DNA of 29,581 bases, taken from assembly GCA_964583985.1 (NCBI GenBank), contig CAZOYD010000045.1, forward strand, positions 1-29,581. The letters run 5' to 3'. A program made the translations under genes and the position numbers. Origin of the DNA: an uncultured archaeon (GTDB taxonomy: Archaea > Asgardarchaeota > Lokiarchaeia > Sigyniarchaeales > SOKP01). This document shows, in pieces, positions 8,344 through 18,062 of the stretch (position 1 is its first letter; the number at the start of each line of letters is the position of its first letter). Below the pieces are notes generated by a model that worked only from the letters and a program-made list of their open reading frames with translations, did no database searches and was not told where the DNA came from.

Positions 8344-9558
8344 TTGAGTGTAATGATGATCGATTATTTTGATGAATTATTAAAACAACCTTCATTATTC
8401 AAGGATGAGAGTAAGCTTGATATCAATTTTGTACCAACAAAATTACTCCATAGAGAAAAAGAGTTATATCTTTTATCCCAACTTTTCTTAGTTCTAATAA
8501 CAAACCCAAATTCAGCATCAAGAAAAATTTTAATAACAGGAAAAACAGGAGTGGGAAAAACTGCGACGGTGAAATTCTTTGGAAAACTGATTGTAGACGC
8601 CGCAGTTAAAAGACAAGCTTTTATCCAACATATTCATATAAATTGTCGTAAAGAAAGAACTAGTTATAAGGTCCTAATAAAAATCATGACAACAATAAAC
8701 CCTAAGTTTCCAAAAAGGGGATACTCACCTCAAGAATTATTGGAGATAATATTGGAATATCTTAACAATTATGAATTACATTTACTAATTGTTTTAGATG
8801 AACTCAGTTATTTAATTAATGATGGAGGAGATCTAATTTATTCTCTGACAAGATTAAACGATGATTCCATAAATTTAAAACAAAGAGTATCAATAATTGG
8901 GATTGTTAGAGATATCAGCTGTTTAAGCAAATTAGATGCTAGTACTATGAGTACTCTTCAAAGAAATATAATTGATTTTAAGAATTACTCTAAGGAAGAA
9001 GTATTTGACATATTAAAATACAGATCGCAAATTAGTCTGATAAATAATGCAATCCCCGATGATTTAATGAACTCTATTACAGAATTAGTCCATATTAAAG
9101 GTGATATTAGGTATGGTTTAAATTTAATATGGCGAGCTTGTAAGATTGCTGAGAGAAAACATTTGCGACAGATTGATGCCGAATGTATACGTTTGGGTAA
9201 TCAAGATCTAATTCCATTTTCTGCTCAAGATATTTTGACTTCTTTAAATGAACAAAAATTGATCTTTCTTCTTTCAATAACTCGAGGATTAAAGCAAAGT
9301 GGCAAAACTCAAATTTCTATTGCAGAATGCATTAGTATCTATAAAATGATTTGTGAAAACGTGGAAATTAAATGTCGGTCATATTCTCAATTGTGGAATT
9401 ATCTTCAAGACTTCAAACGAGACAATTTTATTTCAGTTCTAATCCAAAGTGAATCATTTAAAGGTAGAAAAGGATTAATTGAAATAACAGAATTCTCATT
9501 ATTCAAACTTGAAACGGAATTAATTAGAATTTTAAAATCTAAGGGGTTTTTTGTATGA
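8344..9558 (+). CDS. cdc6: Cdc6/Orc1 replication initiator (AAA+ with winged helix)
   Basis: FVPTKLLHRE, Walker A GKTGVGKT, HINC, Walker B LIVLDE, GDIR sensor II. True start may be ATG 8353 or 8356. Confidence 0.93.
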   Translation: MSVMMIDYFDELLKQPSLFKDESKLDINFVPTKLLHREKELYLLSQLFLVLITNPNSASRKILITGKTGVGKTATVKFFGKLIVDAAVKRQAFIQHIHINCRKERTSYKVLIKIMTTINPKFPKRGYSPQELLEIILEYLNNYELHLLIVLDELSYLINDGGDLIYSLTRLNDDSINLKQRVSIIGIVRDISCLSKLDASTMSTLQRNIIDFKNYSKEEVFDILKYRSQISLINNAIPDDLMNSITELVHIKGDIRYGLNLIWRACKIAERKHLRQIDAECIRLGNQDLIPFSAQDILTSLNEQKLIFLLSITRGLKQSGKTQISIAECISIYKMICENVEIKCRSYSQLWNYLQDFKRDNFISVLIQSESFKGRKGLIEITEFSLFKLETELIRILKSKGFFV

Positions 9559-9839
9559 TAATTGATCAAAATAATAATATTGAAGATATATTAGGTTCTC
9601 GGGCGAAAGTTAGGATTTTGAAAACATTAGCTGTAAATAATGAACTTTCTATAAGTCAAATAATTAAAAATACCAGATTAAACCATTCGAGTGTAATAAC
9701 TCATTTGAATCATTTAGAATTACTTGACTTAGTACAAGAGAAAAATTTTGGACGCATTAAGATTTTCAGATATAAGAATGAAAACTTAAAAGCAAAGAGT
9801 TTAAAGAAATTTATTGAGATTTGGGAAGGAGATTATTGA
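9555..9839 (+). CDS. ArsR-like winged-helix protein, translationally coupled to cdc6
   Basis: ILGSRAKVRILKTL...LSISQII...HLNHLELLDLVQEKNFGRIKIF; ATGA overlap with the cdc6 stop. Confidence 0.8.
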   Translation: MIIDQNNNIEDILGSRAKVRILKTLAVNNELSISQIIKNTRLNHSSVITHLNHLELLDLVQEKNFGRIKIFRYKNENLKAKSLKKFIEIWEGDY

Positions 9840-9843
9840 TCTT

Positions 9844-10506
9844 ATGATTTTAGATTTGAAAATTCTTAATACTTGCTTTATAATGATTATTCTTTTATAT
9901 TATACATATTATGATTTTAAATTAAGGAGAATTTCAAATAGATTTTTTATAATTTGCATGTTTATTAGTGTTCTATTTAATTTTCTTGATTTAATCTATA
10001 ATTTAAATTTTTCAGTTGGAAATTTAGTGGGAAAGCTTTTTTTTGTTTTACTTTCTCTCGTAATTTCAGTTTATTTATTTTCAATTAGAATTTTAGGAGG
10101 GGCTGATGGTAAACTAATAATCATCCTCTTCTTTTCTGTACCAATCTTTAACTTTTTTCTTACTTTTGCGATATATTTTTTCTCTTTTTTTACTTTTATT
10201 TATATTGGATTAATTTTGGTGAAATTTATGATTAACGGTTGCATAAAGTACCGATTTTCATTTGATATTTATTTTAATACGACCTTTTCCATATCAACTT
10301 TAAAAAAAAAGTTCATCAAATCGTACTATATTTTCCAAGACTGGTCAAAATTATGTGATATTAAAGAAGAGAAATATCAATTATGCAACGGGGGATTATT
10401 TTTTAATGAAAAAACGTCAAAACTTCAGATTTTGGTTCAATATAGACCCCCTCTGACGTTAATTATTTCACTGAGTTATATCTTATCATTTTTGATGATT
10501 AGATAG
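9844..10506 (+). CDS. A24-family prepilin/pre-archaellin peptidase (PibD/FlaK/TadV-like)
   Basis: Polytopic membrane protein with YTYYDFKLRRISN (first Asp) and LGGADGK (GxGD-type second Asp). ATG 9844 preferred. Confidence 0.88.
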   Translation: MILDLKILNTCFIMIILLYYTYYDFKLRRISNRFFIICMFISVLFNFLDLIYNLNFSVGNLVGKLFFVLLSLVISVYLFSIRILGGADGKLIIILFFSVPIFNFFLTFAIYFFSFFTFIYIGLILVKFMINGCIKYRFSFDIYFNTTFSISTLKKKFIKSYYIFQDWSKLCDIKEEKYQLCNGGLFFNEKTSKLQILVQYRPPLTLIISLSYILSFLMIR

Positions 10507-10607
10507 ACAATATTTGAAATGTTTGGAATTTGCATTCTCAATAAAATTTTAAATGTGATAATTTTTATTAATTTATCTAAATAAATTGATTTTTGTGAAA
10601 AGTAAGA

Positions 10608-10985
10608 ATGGAAATTGAAAAGACTAGAGAAACAACATGGAAAATACGTTTAAAGAGGAATGACGAGATAATTGAATTAACATCAGTTGAAATAAGCGGT
10701 GAGGTTAGAAATATTAAATTAGCGCTTAGAAAAGAAAAAGAATTAATTAGAGTTGAAATGGGTAAAGGAGAATTTTTCAATTTTCTTTCTTTAATTTCTG
10801 CTTTTAAAGATGTAATTATTGGCGAAGATATAGATTATATACAAGATCAACTGACTGATGTTGAGATTTATGATGATCATAAAAAAATTACAACAGAAAA
10901 AGACAACTATAATGAAATCGTGAAGAATGATTATGACGATAATGAATCCGATGATTTAAATCCAGAAGAATGGGATCCTTGGTAA
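10608..10985 (+). CDS. Hypothetical protein with beta-rich core and acidic tail ending EEWDPW
   Basis: 125 aa; four predicted strands plus a helix, followed by a D/E-rich tail. Confidence 0.7.
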   Translation: MEIEKTRETTWKIRLKRNDEIIELTSVEISGEVRNIKLALRKEKELIRVEMGKGEFFNFLSLISAFKDVIIGEDIDYIQDQLTDVEIYDDHKKITTEKDNYNEIVKNDYDDNESDDLNPEEWDPW

Positions 10986-10989
10986 ATAA

Positions 10990-11478
10990 TTAAACCACTT
11001 TTTCAATCTTGAATCGGCAAGAGTCTAATTCCGGTTTTTCAAGTAGACAATCACCCTCAGTTACATTGACTCTGTATAAAGCATATTCTCCAAAACCTGC
11101 TAAAATTCCTGTTATATAATAACAAATATATTTGGATTTATTTTCTAGTTCGCTCGAAACATTATGATATAGATCGATAATGATTATCGTATCGGATATT
11201 TCTTTCGGTACAAATCGTCCCCATCCATGATTACTTATTATATTACAGAATTGGGTAACTAAATCATTTAATGATTTAGATTTTAAATTCTCGTCCCAAT
11301 CTTGTATCAATGCCCAGCCCGCTTTTTTGCCTAACCATACTAGTAGAGATTTCACACCTTCTCCATAGATTGATGAAAATACATCTATGATTTGTGGTGG
11401 GAAAAAGACAAATCTTTCATTAAATAATTGATAAGTCCCTTTTTCGTATTTTAATCCTTTTAATTTCAAATTTCTCAT
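10990..11478 (-). CDS. V4R-domain (Bet3/TRAPP-related fold) protein
   Basis: ERFVFFP, LGKKAG, HGWG, CYYITGILAG, E-x-x-C...CRF: the V4R motif set with C/E/C/C metal ligands. Confidence 0.85.
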   Translation of the reverse strand: MRNLKLKGLKYEKGTYQLFNERFVFFPPQIIDVFSSIYGEGVKSLLVWLGKKAGWALIQDWDENLKSKSLNDLVTQFCNIISNHGWGRFVPKEISDTIIIIDLYHNVSSELENKSKYICYYITGILAGFGEYALYRVNVTEGDCLLEKPELDSCRFKIEKVV

Positions 11479-11662
11479 AATAAAATACTACCTTCTTTTT
11501 TATAAAATTTTTACCATTACCCTCTTTAAAAAAAGATAATGATAAATAAATTGAAATATTTTGCAAATTTTTTTGGTTCCCAAATTATTCAAAAAGTGGA
11601 ATTAAAACGTACATATATGATTTTTTACGACTTTAAATATCCATCTCACTAAAATTAATGTC

Positions 11663-11953
11663 ATGTTTGATATAAATTATTTATTTTTTGAATTATTGTT
11701 TTTTATGATTTTTTTTATAATAATTTTTATAATCGCTTCATTTTCAGCTGATCAGTTAATCATATTTGCTTGTATTATTTTATTTTTAATTTTATTAGCG
11801 CCATATCTTGTTCTAATAAATAAATTCAATATTTTAAGGATTGGGAATAATAATTTCTATTATAACCTCTTATCTTTTTTTTCTCCATTAATAAATATCG
11901 TTATAGGGATCTTTTTATTTATTGATATAATTTATGTTCACTTTTTTGGCTAA
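11663..11953 (+). CDS. Small membrane protein (about 3 TM)
   Basis: 96 aa, strongly hydrophobic; fills the gap and ends 2 nt from the convergent gene. Confidence 0.6.
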   Translation: MFDINYLFFELLFFMIFFIIIFIIASFSADQLIIFACIILFLILLAPYLVLINKFNILRIGNNNFYYNLLSFFSPLINIVIGIFLFIDIIYVHFFG

Positions 11954-11955
11954 TC

Positions 11956-13482
11956 TTATACAAAATAGCTGATATTAAGAAAGGATATCATAAATATAAG
12001 AATAAATAAAATGCATGTGAAAATAATAAGAAAATAAATTTTATGCTGGTTTACAATTTTTAGGAAGAAAAATGAAGAAATCCCGACACATAAGATTAGG
12101 AAAATAAAGATTAACAAATAATTTACTATAAAATTACCATTTTGATCAATAAAAATTTGAAAAACACTTTCAATATCAACACGATTTAAAATTATGTAAA
12201 TAGAAGGAATTAAACCCCCGATGATGCCTAATATAAATGGCATTAAGAATAAATAGAGAAAAGCTTTAATCTTTTCACTTTTTATTATAACATCTATCTT
12301 TTTTTCGAGTTTTTGGTGATTATTAAGAACCGTTATGATGTCCATAATTTTACTTGATGACGTTAGAGAATCTTGTTGAAGAATTTTTTTTAATACCTCT
12401 AAAATTATTGAATATCGAAACGAATTTATTTGAGTTTTTAATTTTTCAATCATCTCATTAAAGGAATAAGAAAAATTAACCAAATTTGATGATTGATCTT
12501 GTAGATCGGAACATAAGAATTTAAGATGCGTCCTTTGTCGAGAAAAAGCTTTTATATACGCAACTTCAGGAGAAATATTTTTTTGCAAGTTCAGAGAAAA
12601 TATTTTTAAAAAGTCTATAAATTCATTAAATCTTAATTTTTCACGATTAGATAATTCAGATATTAATCCAATTAGAAATATATCTGACCTAACGAATTTA
12701 TTATTCAGATAATTTAAGATTAAAAAATAAATTGGAATAAATATTAATGATAACACAACATTAATGGTTTGAAATAAAATTAGGAAGCATATTCCTAAAG
12801 GAAAAAAGATTCCAATAAAGAAAAATATACTCAGTCTTGATTCCAATTGTTTTATAAACACTTTGAAACTGTCTTCTAATGAACCATCTTCAATTTGATC
12901 AAATTTGTTTTCAGGTATAAAATCACATAATAACAATTCTTTTATATAATTATCAAAATCTTCTGAAAATGTTATAAGATTTTCTAAATATTTTTCGGGA
13001 TTGCTTCCCTCTTGAATCTGTTTAACGGAATGAATAAACATTTTTGATATGGGCATTTCAGAAGTCAACACAAGTTTAATAAATGTGATTACTCTATCAG
13101 AGTCTGTTGAAAGGGATTTTTCGATGAGTGAATAATAAATTTTGATGAGATGAATGATTGCGTTAATTTTCATATCTTCCTTTTTTATTTCTTTATAAGC
13201 TTTTAAGTTAAAGAAATAAGCGATGTATACGGATATAATAAAAGTCACCAATAAAATCATAAAATTATCATAAGGAATAAAAGCTAATGAAATCCCCGTC
13301 GTACTCATAATTGATATGATTAAAATTATGAGTGTTGCTTTATTTATGTCTTCTTCTTCGATTTGATATATCTTCTTATAAATCTTCTTAATTCTCAGAT
13401 CTAGTTCTTTGAATTTTATTCCAGGAATTTTATAGTTATGAAATTTCCTGCAAAACTTAAGGTAATTACAGTTAAGATTCAT
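11956..13482 (-). CDS. T2SS-F / TadB-TadC / ArlJ-like membrane platform protein
   Basis: Two repeats of TM hairpin plus cytoplasmic helical domain (QIQEGSNPEKYL; LQKNISPEVAY), downstream of a secretion ATPase in the same operon. Confidence 0.75.
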   Translation of the reverse strand: MNLNCNYLKFCRKFHNYKIPGIKFKELDLRIKKIYKKIYQIEEEDINKATLIILIISIMSTTGISLAFIPYDNFMILLVTFIISVYIAYFFNLKAYKEIKKEDMKINAIIHLIKIYYSLIEKSLSTDSDRVITFIKLVLTSEMPISKMFIHSVKQIQEGSNPEKYLENLITFSEDFDNYIKELLLCDFIPENKFDQIEDGSLEDSFKVFIKQLESRLSIFFFIGIFFPLGICFLILFQTINVVLSLIFIPIYFLILNYLNNKFVRSDIFLIGLISELSNREKLRFNEFIDFLKIFSLNLQKNISPEVAYIKAFSRQRTHLKFLCSDLQDQSSNLVNFSYSFNEMIEKLKTQINSFRYSIILEVLKKILQQDSLTSSSKIMDIITVLNNHQKLEKKIDVIIKSEKIKAFLYLFLMPFILGIIGGLIPSIYIILNRVDIESVFQIFIDQNGNFIVNYLLIFIFLILCVGISSFFFLKIVNQHKIYFLIIFTCILFILIFMISFLNISYFV

Positions 13483-13499
13483 TTTTCTTCTTAAGACTT

Positions 13500-13904
13500 T
13501 TAACTCAATTTTATTCTTATATAATTGGACTCGAAAAATACATTTAAGATATATTCCATAGGGGTAAGATTATGATAGAAAGCTGTATGAAAAAGAGTTC
13601 CATATTTTTTTGAATTCGAATACGCAATATTATTAATTAAGTAATTATATTTTACTTCGTATCCAGAAACTGTAATATTTACTTCCTTTGGAAACAAGAG
13701 TTCCTCTTCATAGATATCTTCAGGATTTGATATAATATGTGTTATTGCTTGGTCAATTTCTTCAATAAATTTTTCTATATCTTGATTTTCTTCATCATAA
13801 TAATGAAGTAAGGTTCCAAAAAAGGGTTGAATAATTGAAAGAAATCCAATCAGAGTTAACAGGCCAAAACCAATTAATAATGATTTTTCAACCATATTTG
13901 TCAT
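13500..13904 (-). CDS. Type IV pilin-like protein (minor pilin candidate)
   Basis: N-terminus TNMVEKSLLIGFGLL aligns with the window's Flp pilin (GNLVEYALLLGFAL), followed by an amphipathic helix and beta head. Lies between the ATPase and platform genes. Confidence 0.65.
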   Translation of the reverse strand: MTNMVEKSLLIGFGLLTLIGFLSIIQPFFGTLLHYYDEENQDIEKFIEEIDQAITHIISNPEDIYEEELLFPKEVNITVSGYEVKYNYLINNIAYSNSKKYGTLFHTAFYHNLTPMEYILNVFFESNYIRIKLS

Positions 13905-13913
13905 GACATATTT

Positions 13914-16139
13914 TTACATGGAACAATTTAAATTCCGTGTATTTTTCCAATTATTCCATAAATCTTCTAATTGAGATGGTTTTTTAAACGAAAAATAAGA
14001 AATTGCGTCAAATAACTGGACTAAAGCCATATTTGATATTTTATTATTGGATTTGAGATAATTGAATATATCTTCATATATTTTAATGTAAAAATGATAC
14101 CTTTCTCTATTAAGGTCCTCAAATCTTTGTATATTCAGAACTGTTAATGTTTCATAAGCACTAATTTCCATTTCCCACCTTTCATATTTTGGATTATAAG
14201 TAAATATAGAATCGACAGGTTCTTCTTGTAATAATTTCTTATTTATTTCAGAAACTGAAACAATTCTTCTTTGATTATGATGTTTTTTCATTAAAATAAT
14301 CAGACCTAAATCATTTAAACAACTTCGGTCAATACCAAAATGATATAATAGACGATTTAAAAGGGAGTTGGTATCATTTGAATGAATGGTCTGAAATCCC
14401 CTCAAACCTGCAGATAAACAATGAAAAAGTGCTTTTGCTTCATCTGAGGTTAAAATTTCTCCTAAATATATAATATCGGGTGTTCTATGGAGTAATTTCT
14501 TAATTTGATTATGTTTTGAATATCTAACACTATTAGAATCTTCTAAAGAATCTACTTGGAATTTTAATTGATGTTTATGATAAATACTTTGATCCAATGA
14601 TTCAACAACATTTTCAATATAAATTTTTCTGAATTCTTTTGGAGTAATTAAGTCTAAAGCGTTGATTAAAGTTGTTTTTCCTGTGTCAGTTTCACCAGTA
14701 ACAGTAATATTTATTCTCCTTAAGATGTTGAAATATAAAAATGCTGCTATTTCCACGCTTAGAGTATCATTTTTTAGTAGATCTTGGATTGTCATTAAAT
14801 CTTTATTAAGTTTTCTAATATCCAATGCGAAATTGTTCAATTGAATTGGCGAAACATCCATTGCGAATCTACAATAGAAAAATTTATTTTTAATTACAAA
14901 TTTAATGCTCGGATTAGAGTAATCTAGACGTTTTCCACTATAAACTCTTAAAAAAGTCTTTAACCGTTCTGTTTCTCCCTTGCTAAGTTTAATGTGGGTT
15001 CTACAACGTCCAAATTTTTGATGATTTAGATAAATTGTTTCTTCTGGTGAATCTAGGAATATTTCTTCAACATAATCGTCTATAAGTAATGGAAATAATT
15101 TAAACAGATTAATCCTTACAATCGTTGCCAACAATGCAAATTTTTCAGCTTCTTCTTTTGAAAACCTGTATTTCTTATTTATGTAATTTAAGGCCTGATT
15201 TTTATATAATTCAATTAATTCTTCAAAAGACAAGATTCTATCTATTTTAATAAGTTCAAAATTCTTTCCTATATCTCTTGTTATTTTTTCAATATATACC
15301 TTATTCAAATTGTTTGAAAAATTAAAGTTTACGCTATAAAAGGATTCGATTTCATTATGGACGTCATAAATTTCAACTTGGAAAATTTTTTCTTCCCCTA
15401 TAAGGTAATCCTCTTTTTTTATTATATTTCTATTGATTTCGATTTCTCCAATTAAATTAGATTCTTTTAAATATTGATTTCTGAAAAATAGTTGTTTATA
15501 AAAGTTTGTTCTAGAGTTTAAATCCTTGCAAATAGATTGATCTTTCTGAAATTCAATAATAATTTTAAAATTATTCAAAATTTTTATAAGATTTAAAAGA
15601 AGGGATTGAAGATCATTCAAACATTTTGTACAGTATGAATCGTTGTCTTCCTTTTGAATAAAATTTAATTCAAATTTTTTAAGGTTTATATATAGTGCTA
15701 TAGGATCATCAAACACCTTTTCTGCGATATAAAGATGTTGATTTAAATTTTGAAATTGTTTACATTCAAAATCATTATAGACACATTTTTGTTCTTTTGT
15801 TGATATGATTTTATTCCAAATTCTTTTGATTTTTTTTTGGTTATTATAAAAAGAGATAAATTGGTTATATATTTGAGGTTGAATATTATAAGCCGGATCT
15901 CCCAATATCAGAGATTTAAGCCTACTATTCTTATTATCTTTAAGAGAGGTTAATACACAAAAAATGCAATCCTCTTGAAATTTATTTTTTTGTGCAAAAA
16001 AATCGCAATCTTTACAGTTAATAACTAAGAATTTTTCTTTTATTCCATTTAAGGTTTCTTTTTCTTGAATAAATGAGGATTTGTCTATATTAATTTCCAT
16101 AAAGTATATGTTTGAATATAACAATAAAAAGCACCCCAT
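13914..16139 (-). CDS. CpaF/TadA/VirB11-family pilus assembly ATPase with Cys-rich N-terminal extension
   Basis: PLLIDDYVEEI, LDIRK, Walker A GETDTGKTT, Asp box IENVVE, Walker B RTPDIIYLGEI, His box GFQTIHS. Start may be ATG 16100. Confidence 0.92.
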   Translation of the reverse strand: MGCFLLLYSNIYFMEINIDKSSFIQEKETLNGIKEKFLVINCKDCDFFAQKNKFQEDCIFCVLTSLKDNKNSRLKSLILGDPAYNIQPQIYNQFISFYNNQKKIKRIWNKIISTKEQKCVYNDFECKQFQNLNQHLYIAEKVFDDPIALYINLKKFELNFIQKEDNDSYCTKCLNDLQSLLLNLIKILNNFKIIIEFQKDQSICKDLNSRTNFYKQLFFRNQYLKESNLIGEIEINRNIIKKEDYLIGEEKIFQVEIYDVHNEIESFYSVNFNFSNNLNKVYIEKITRDIGKNFELIKIDRILSFEELIELYKNQALNYINKKYRFSKEEAEKFALLATIVRINLFKLFPLLIDDYVEEIFLDSPEETIYLNHQKFGRCRTHIKLSKGETERLKTFLRVYSGKRLDYSNPSIKFVIKNKFFYCRFAMDVSPIQLNNFALDIRKLNKDLMTIQDLLKNDTLSVEIAAFLYFNILRRINITVTGETDTGKTTLINALDLITPKEFRKIYIENVVESLDQSIYHKHQLKFQVDSLEDSNSVRYSKHNQIKKLLHRTPDIIYLGEILTSDEAKALFHCLSAGLRGFQTIHSNDTNSLLNRLLYHFGIDRSCLNDLGLIILMKKHHNQRRIVSVSEINKKLLQEEPVDSIFTYNPKYERWEMEISAYETLTVLNIQRFEDLNRERYHFYIKIYEDIFNYLKSNNKISNMALVQLFDAISYFSFKKPSQLEDLWNNWKNTRNLNCSM

Positions 16140-16227
16140 TTATGGTTGTTTCATAAATATATGAGGGAGAATACGAAACTTTTTTTATCTTGAATAATTT
16201 AAAATTCCAACATTCAAGTGATTTGTT

Positions 16228-17247
16228 ATGGGACATCGTAAAAAACACGCACCTAGACATGGATCATTAGCGTATCTTCCACGAAAAAGAGCAGCAGCGA
16301 TTAAAGGGAGAGTAAGAAACTGGAAAGATTCAGGAGATGAAATAAATTTTCTTGGATTTGCTGGATTTAAAGCTGGTATGACACACCTAACCTATATTGA
16401 AGATCAAAAAAACAGTCCATATTATGGAAAGGAATTGATGAAACCTGTGACAATATTAGAAGTACCTCCATTAATCTTAATAGGGATTAGAATCTATAAT
16501 GAAGATGAATATGGAAATTATATCGTTGGAGAAATATTATCATCTAATTTTAACCAATATTTAGGGCGTAAGCTTAATGTTCCTAATCCTGAAATGTATG
16601 ATTCTCAAAAATTAAAAGAAAAATTACTAAATAAATTAGACAATACGAGTGAGATTAGAGGTATTTTTCAGACTCAACCTTATCTTTCATCTATACCTCG
16701 GAAAAAACCGGATATTATCGAAATTAAACTTAATTCAATACGAGATCCTAAAAGTGAATTTAATTATGCATTTGAGAAACTTGGTGAGCAACTTAGAGCT
16801 CGAGATATTTTAATTGAAGGTGAATTAATAGATATTATTGCTATAACGAAAGGAAAAGGTTTTCAGGGTCCTGTTAAAAGGTATGGAATTAAGATCTTGC
16901 CTCGTAAAAATAGTAAGATTAGAAGAGCGGTAGCTTGCATTGGTCCTTGGCATCCCGCAAGAGTTTTATATACCGTACCACGTCCCGGTCAATTAGGATT
17001 TCACCAAAGAACAGAATATCATAAAAGAATTATGCTAATAGGAGAGAACGAAGAAGAAATTAATCCCAAAGGCGGATTGATTAATTATGGTAAAATTAAA
17101 GGTGATTACCTTATCATTTTAGGGACAGTCCCTGGTCCGAAGAAAAGATTAATTAGAATTAGAAAAACTATACGTCAAATTAAATCATTTGAAGCTCAAT
17201 CTCCAGAGATAACATTTATCAGTAGAGAGAGTCAACAAGGAAAATAA
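16228..17247 (+). CDS. rpl3: 50S ribosomal protein L3
   Basis: PRHGSLAYLPRKRA, GFKAGMTH, TKGKGFQGPVKR, ACIGPWHP, GQLGFHQRTE. Confidence 0.98.
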   Translation: MGHRKKHAPRHGSLAYLPRKRAAAIKGRVRNWKDSGDEINFLGFAGFKAGMTHLTYIEDQKNSPYYGKELMKPVTILEVPPLILIGIRIYNEDEYGNYIVGEILSSNFNQYLGRKLNVPNPEMYDSQKLKEKLLNKLDNTSEIRGIFQTQPYLSSIPRKKPDIIEIKLNSIRDPKSEFNYAFEKLGEQLRARDILIEGELIDIIAITKGKGFQGPVKRYGIKILPRKNSKIRRAVACIGPWHPARVLYTVPRPGQLGFHQRTEYHKRIMLIGENEEEINPKGGLINYGKIKGDYLIILGTVPGPKKRLIRIRKTIRQIKSFEAQSPEITFISRESQQGK

Positions 17248-17272
17248 AACATAAGCAGAACAGGTGTAATTT

Positions 17273-18061
17273 TTGGATAAGATCAATGTCTATAATTTAG
17301 AAGGGCAAGTAAAAACATCATTAGATTTACCCTTAATTTTTAATATCGCTCCTCGAATGGATTTAATTCGATTTGCGTGTGAAGTTTCTACAAGTAAAAA
17401 CAAACAAGTACAAGGAAGAGATAAGAGAGCAGGTTTAAGAAATACCGCAAAAGGATGGGGTACAGGACACGGAATGTCAAGAGCACCAAGAATACAAGGA
17501 TCTGGATTTAGCACGGCTCGAAATGTAGGAAGAGTTCCATATGCGAAAGGAGGCCGTACAACTCATCCGATTAAAGCAGAGAAAAAATTAGAAAAAAAAA
17601 TTAATAATAAAACTAAAAAATTATCATTAATTTCTGCCATATCAGCCTCAGGCAACCAATATTGGGTTAAACAACGAGGACATTTTGTAGAAGAAATTCC
17701 TGAAATCCCATTAGTTATTGATGATAAACTGCAAACTGTAAAAAAAACAAGGGAGATCTATGAAATTCTATGTGATTTAGGATTAAGTAAAGATTTGCTT
17801 AAAATTAAGAATACAAAAAAAATTAGACCAGGTAAAGGAAAAAGAAGAGGAAGAAAATATAAAATTAGGAAGGGCCCCTTGCTTGTAATAAAGGATGATT
17901 TTGGAATTGTTAAAGCCTCAAAAAATCTTTTAGGATTGGACATTTCAAAAGTAGAGGATTTATCAGTTGAACTTTTAGCACCAGGTGCAATGCCGGGACG
18001 TTTTATAATTTGGACTCAATCTGCTTTTAGTGAATTAAATAAATATGAGGATTTGATATAA
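17273..18061 (+). CDS. rpl4: 50S ribosomal protein L4
   Basis: WGTGHGMSRAPR, IRPGKGKRRGR, LAPGAMPGRFIIWT; TTG start after AGGTG. Confidence 0.97.
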   Translation: MDKINVYNLEGQVKTSLDLPLIFNIAPRMDLIRFACEVSTSKNKQVQGRDKRAGLRNTAKGWGTGHGMSRAPRIQGSGFSTARNVGRVPYAKGGRTTHPIKAEKKLEKKINNKTKKLSLISAISASGNQYWVKQRGHFVEEIPEIPLVIDDKLQTVKKTREIYEILCDLGLSKDLLKIKNTKKIRPGKGKRRGRKYKIRKGPLLVIKDDFGIVKASKNLLGLDISKVEDLSVELLAPGAMPGRFIIWTQSAFSELNKYEDLI

Positions 18062-18062
18062 T

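Noticed and set aside
8201-8395. 64-aa minus-strand ORF
   Set aside because: Overlaps the cdc6 start and promoter; no protein-like features.
10577-10780. 67-aa minus-strand ORF
   Set aside because: Shadow of 10608-10985.
14662-14844. 60-aa plus-strand ORF
   Set aside because: Antisense within the ATPase Walker A region.
11956-16139. Archaellum operon (arlI/arlJ)
   Set aside because: No archaellin, ArlH or ArlF/G genes are visible; the pilins are Flp-like.
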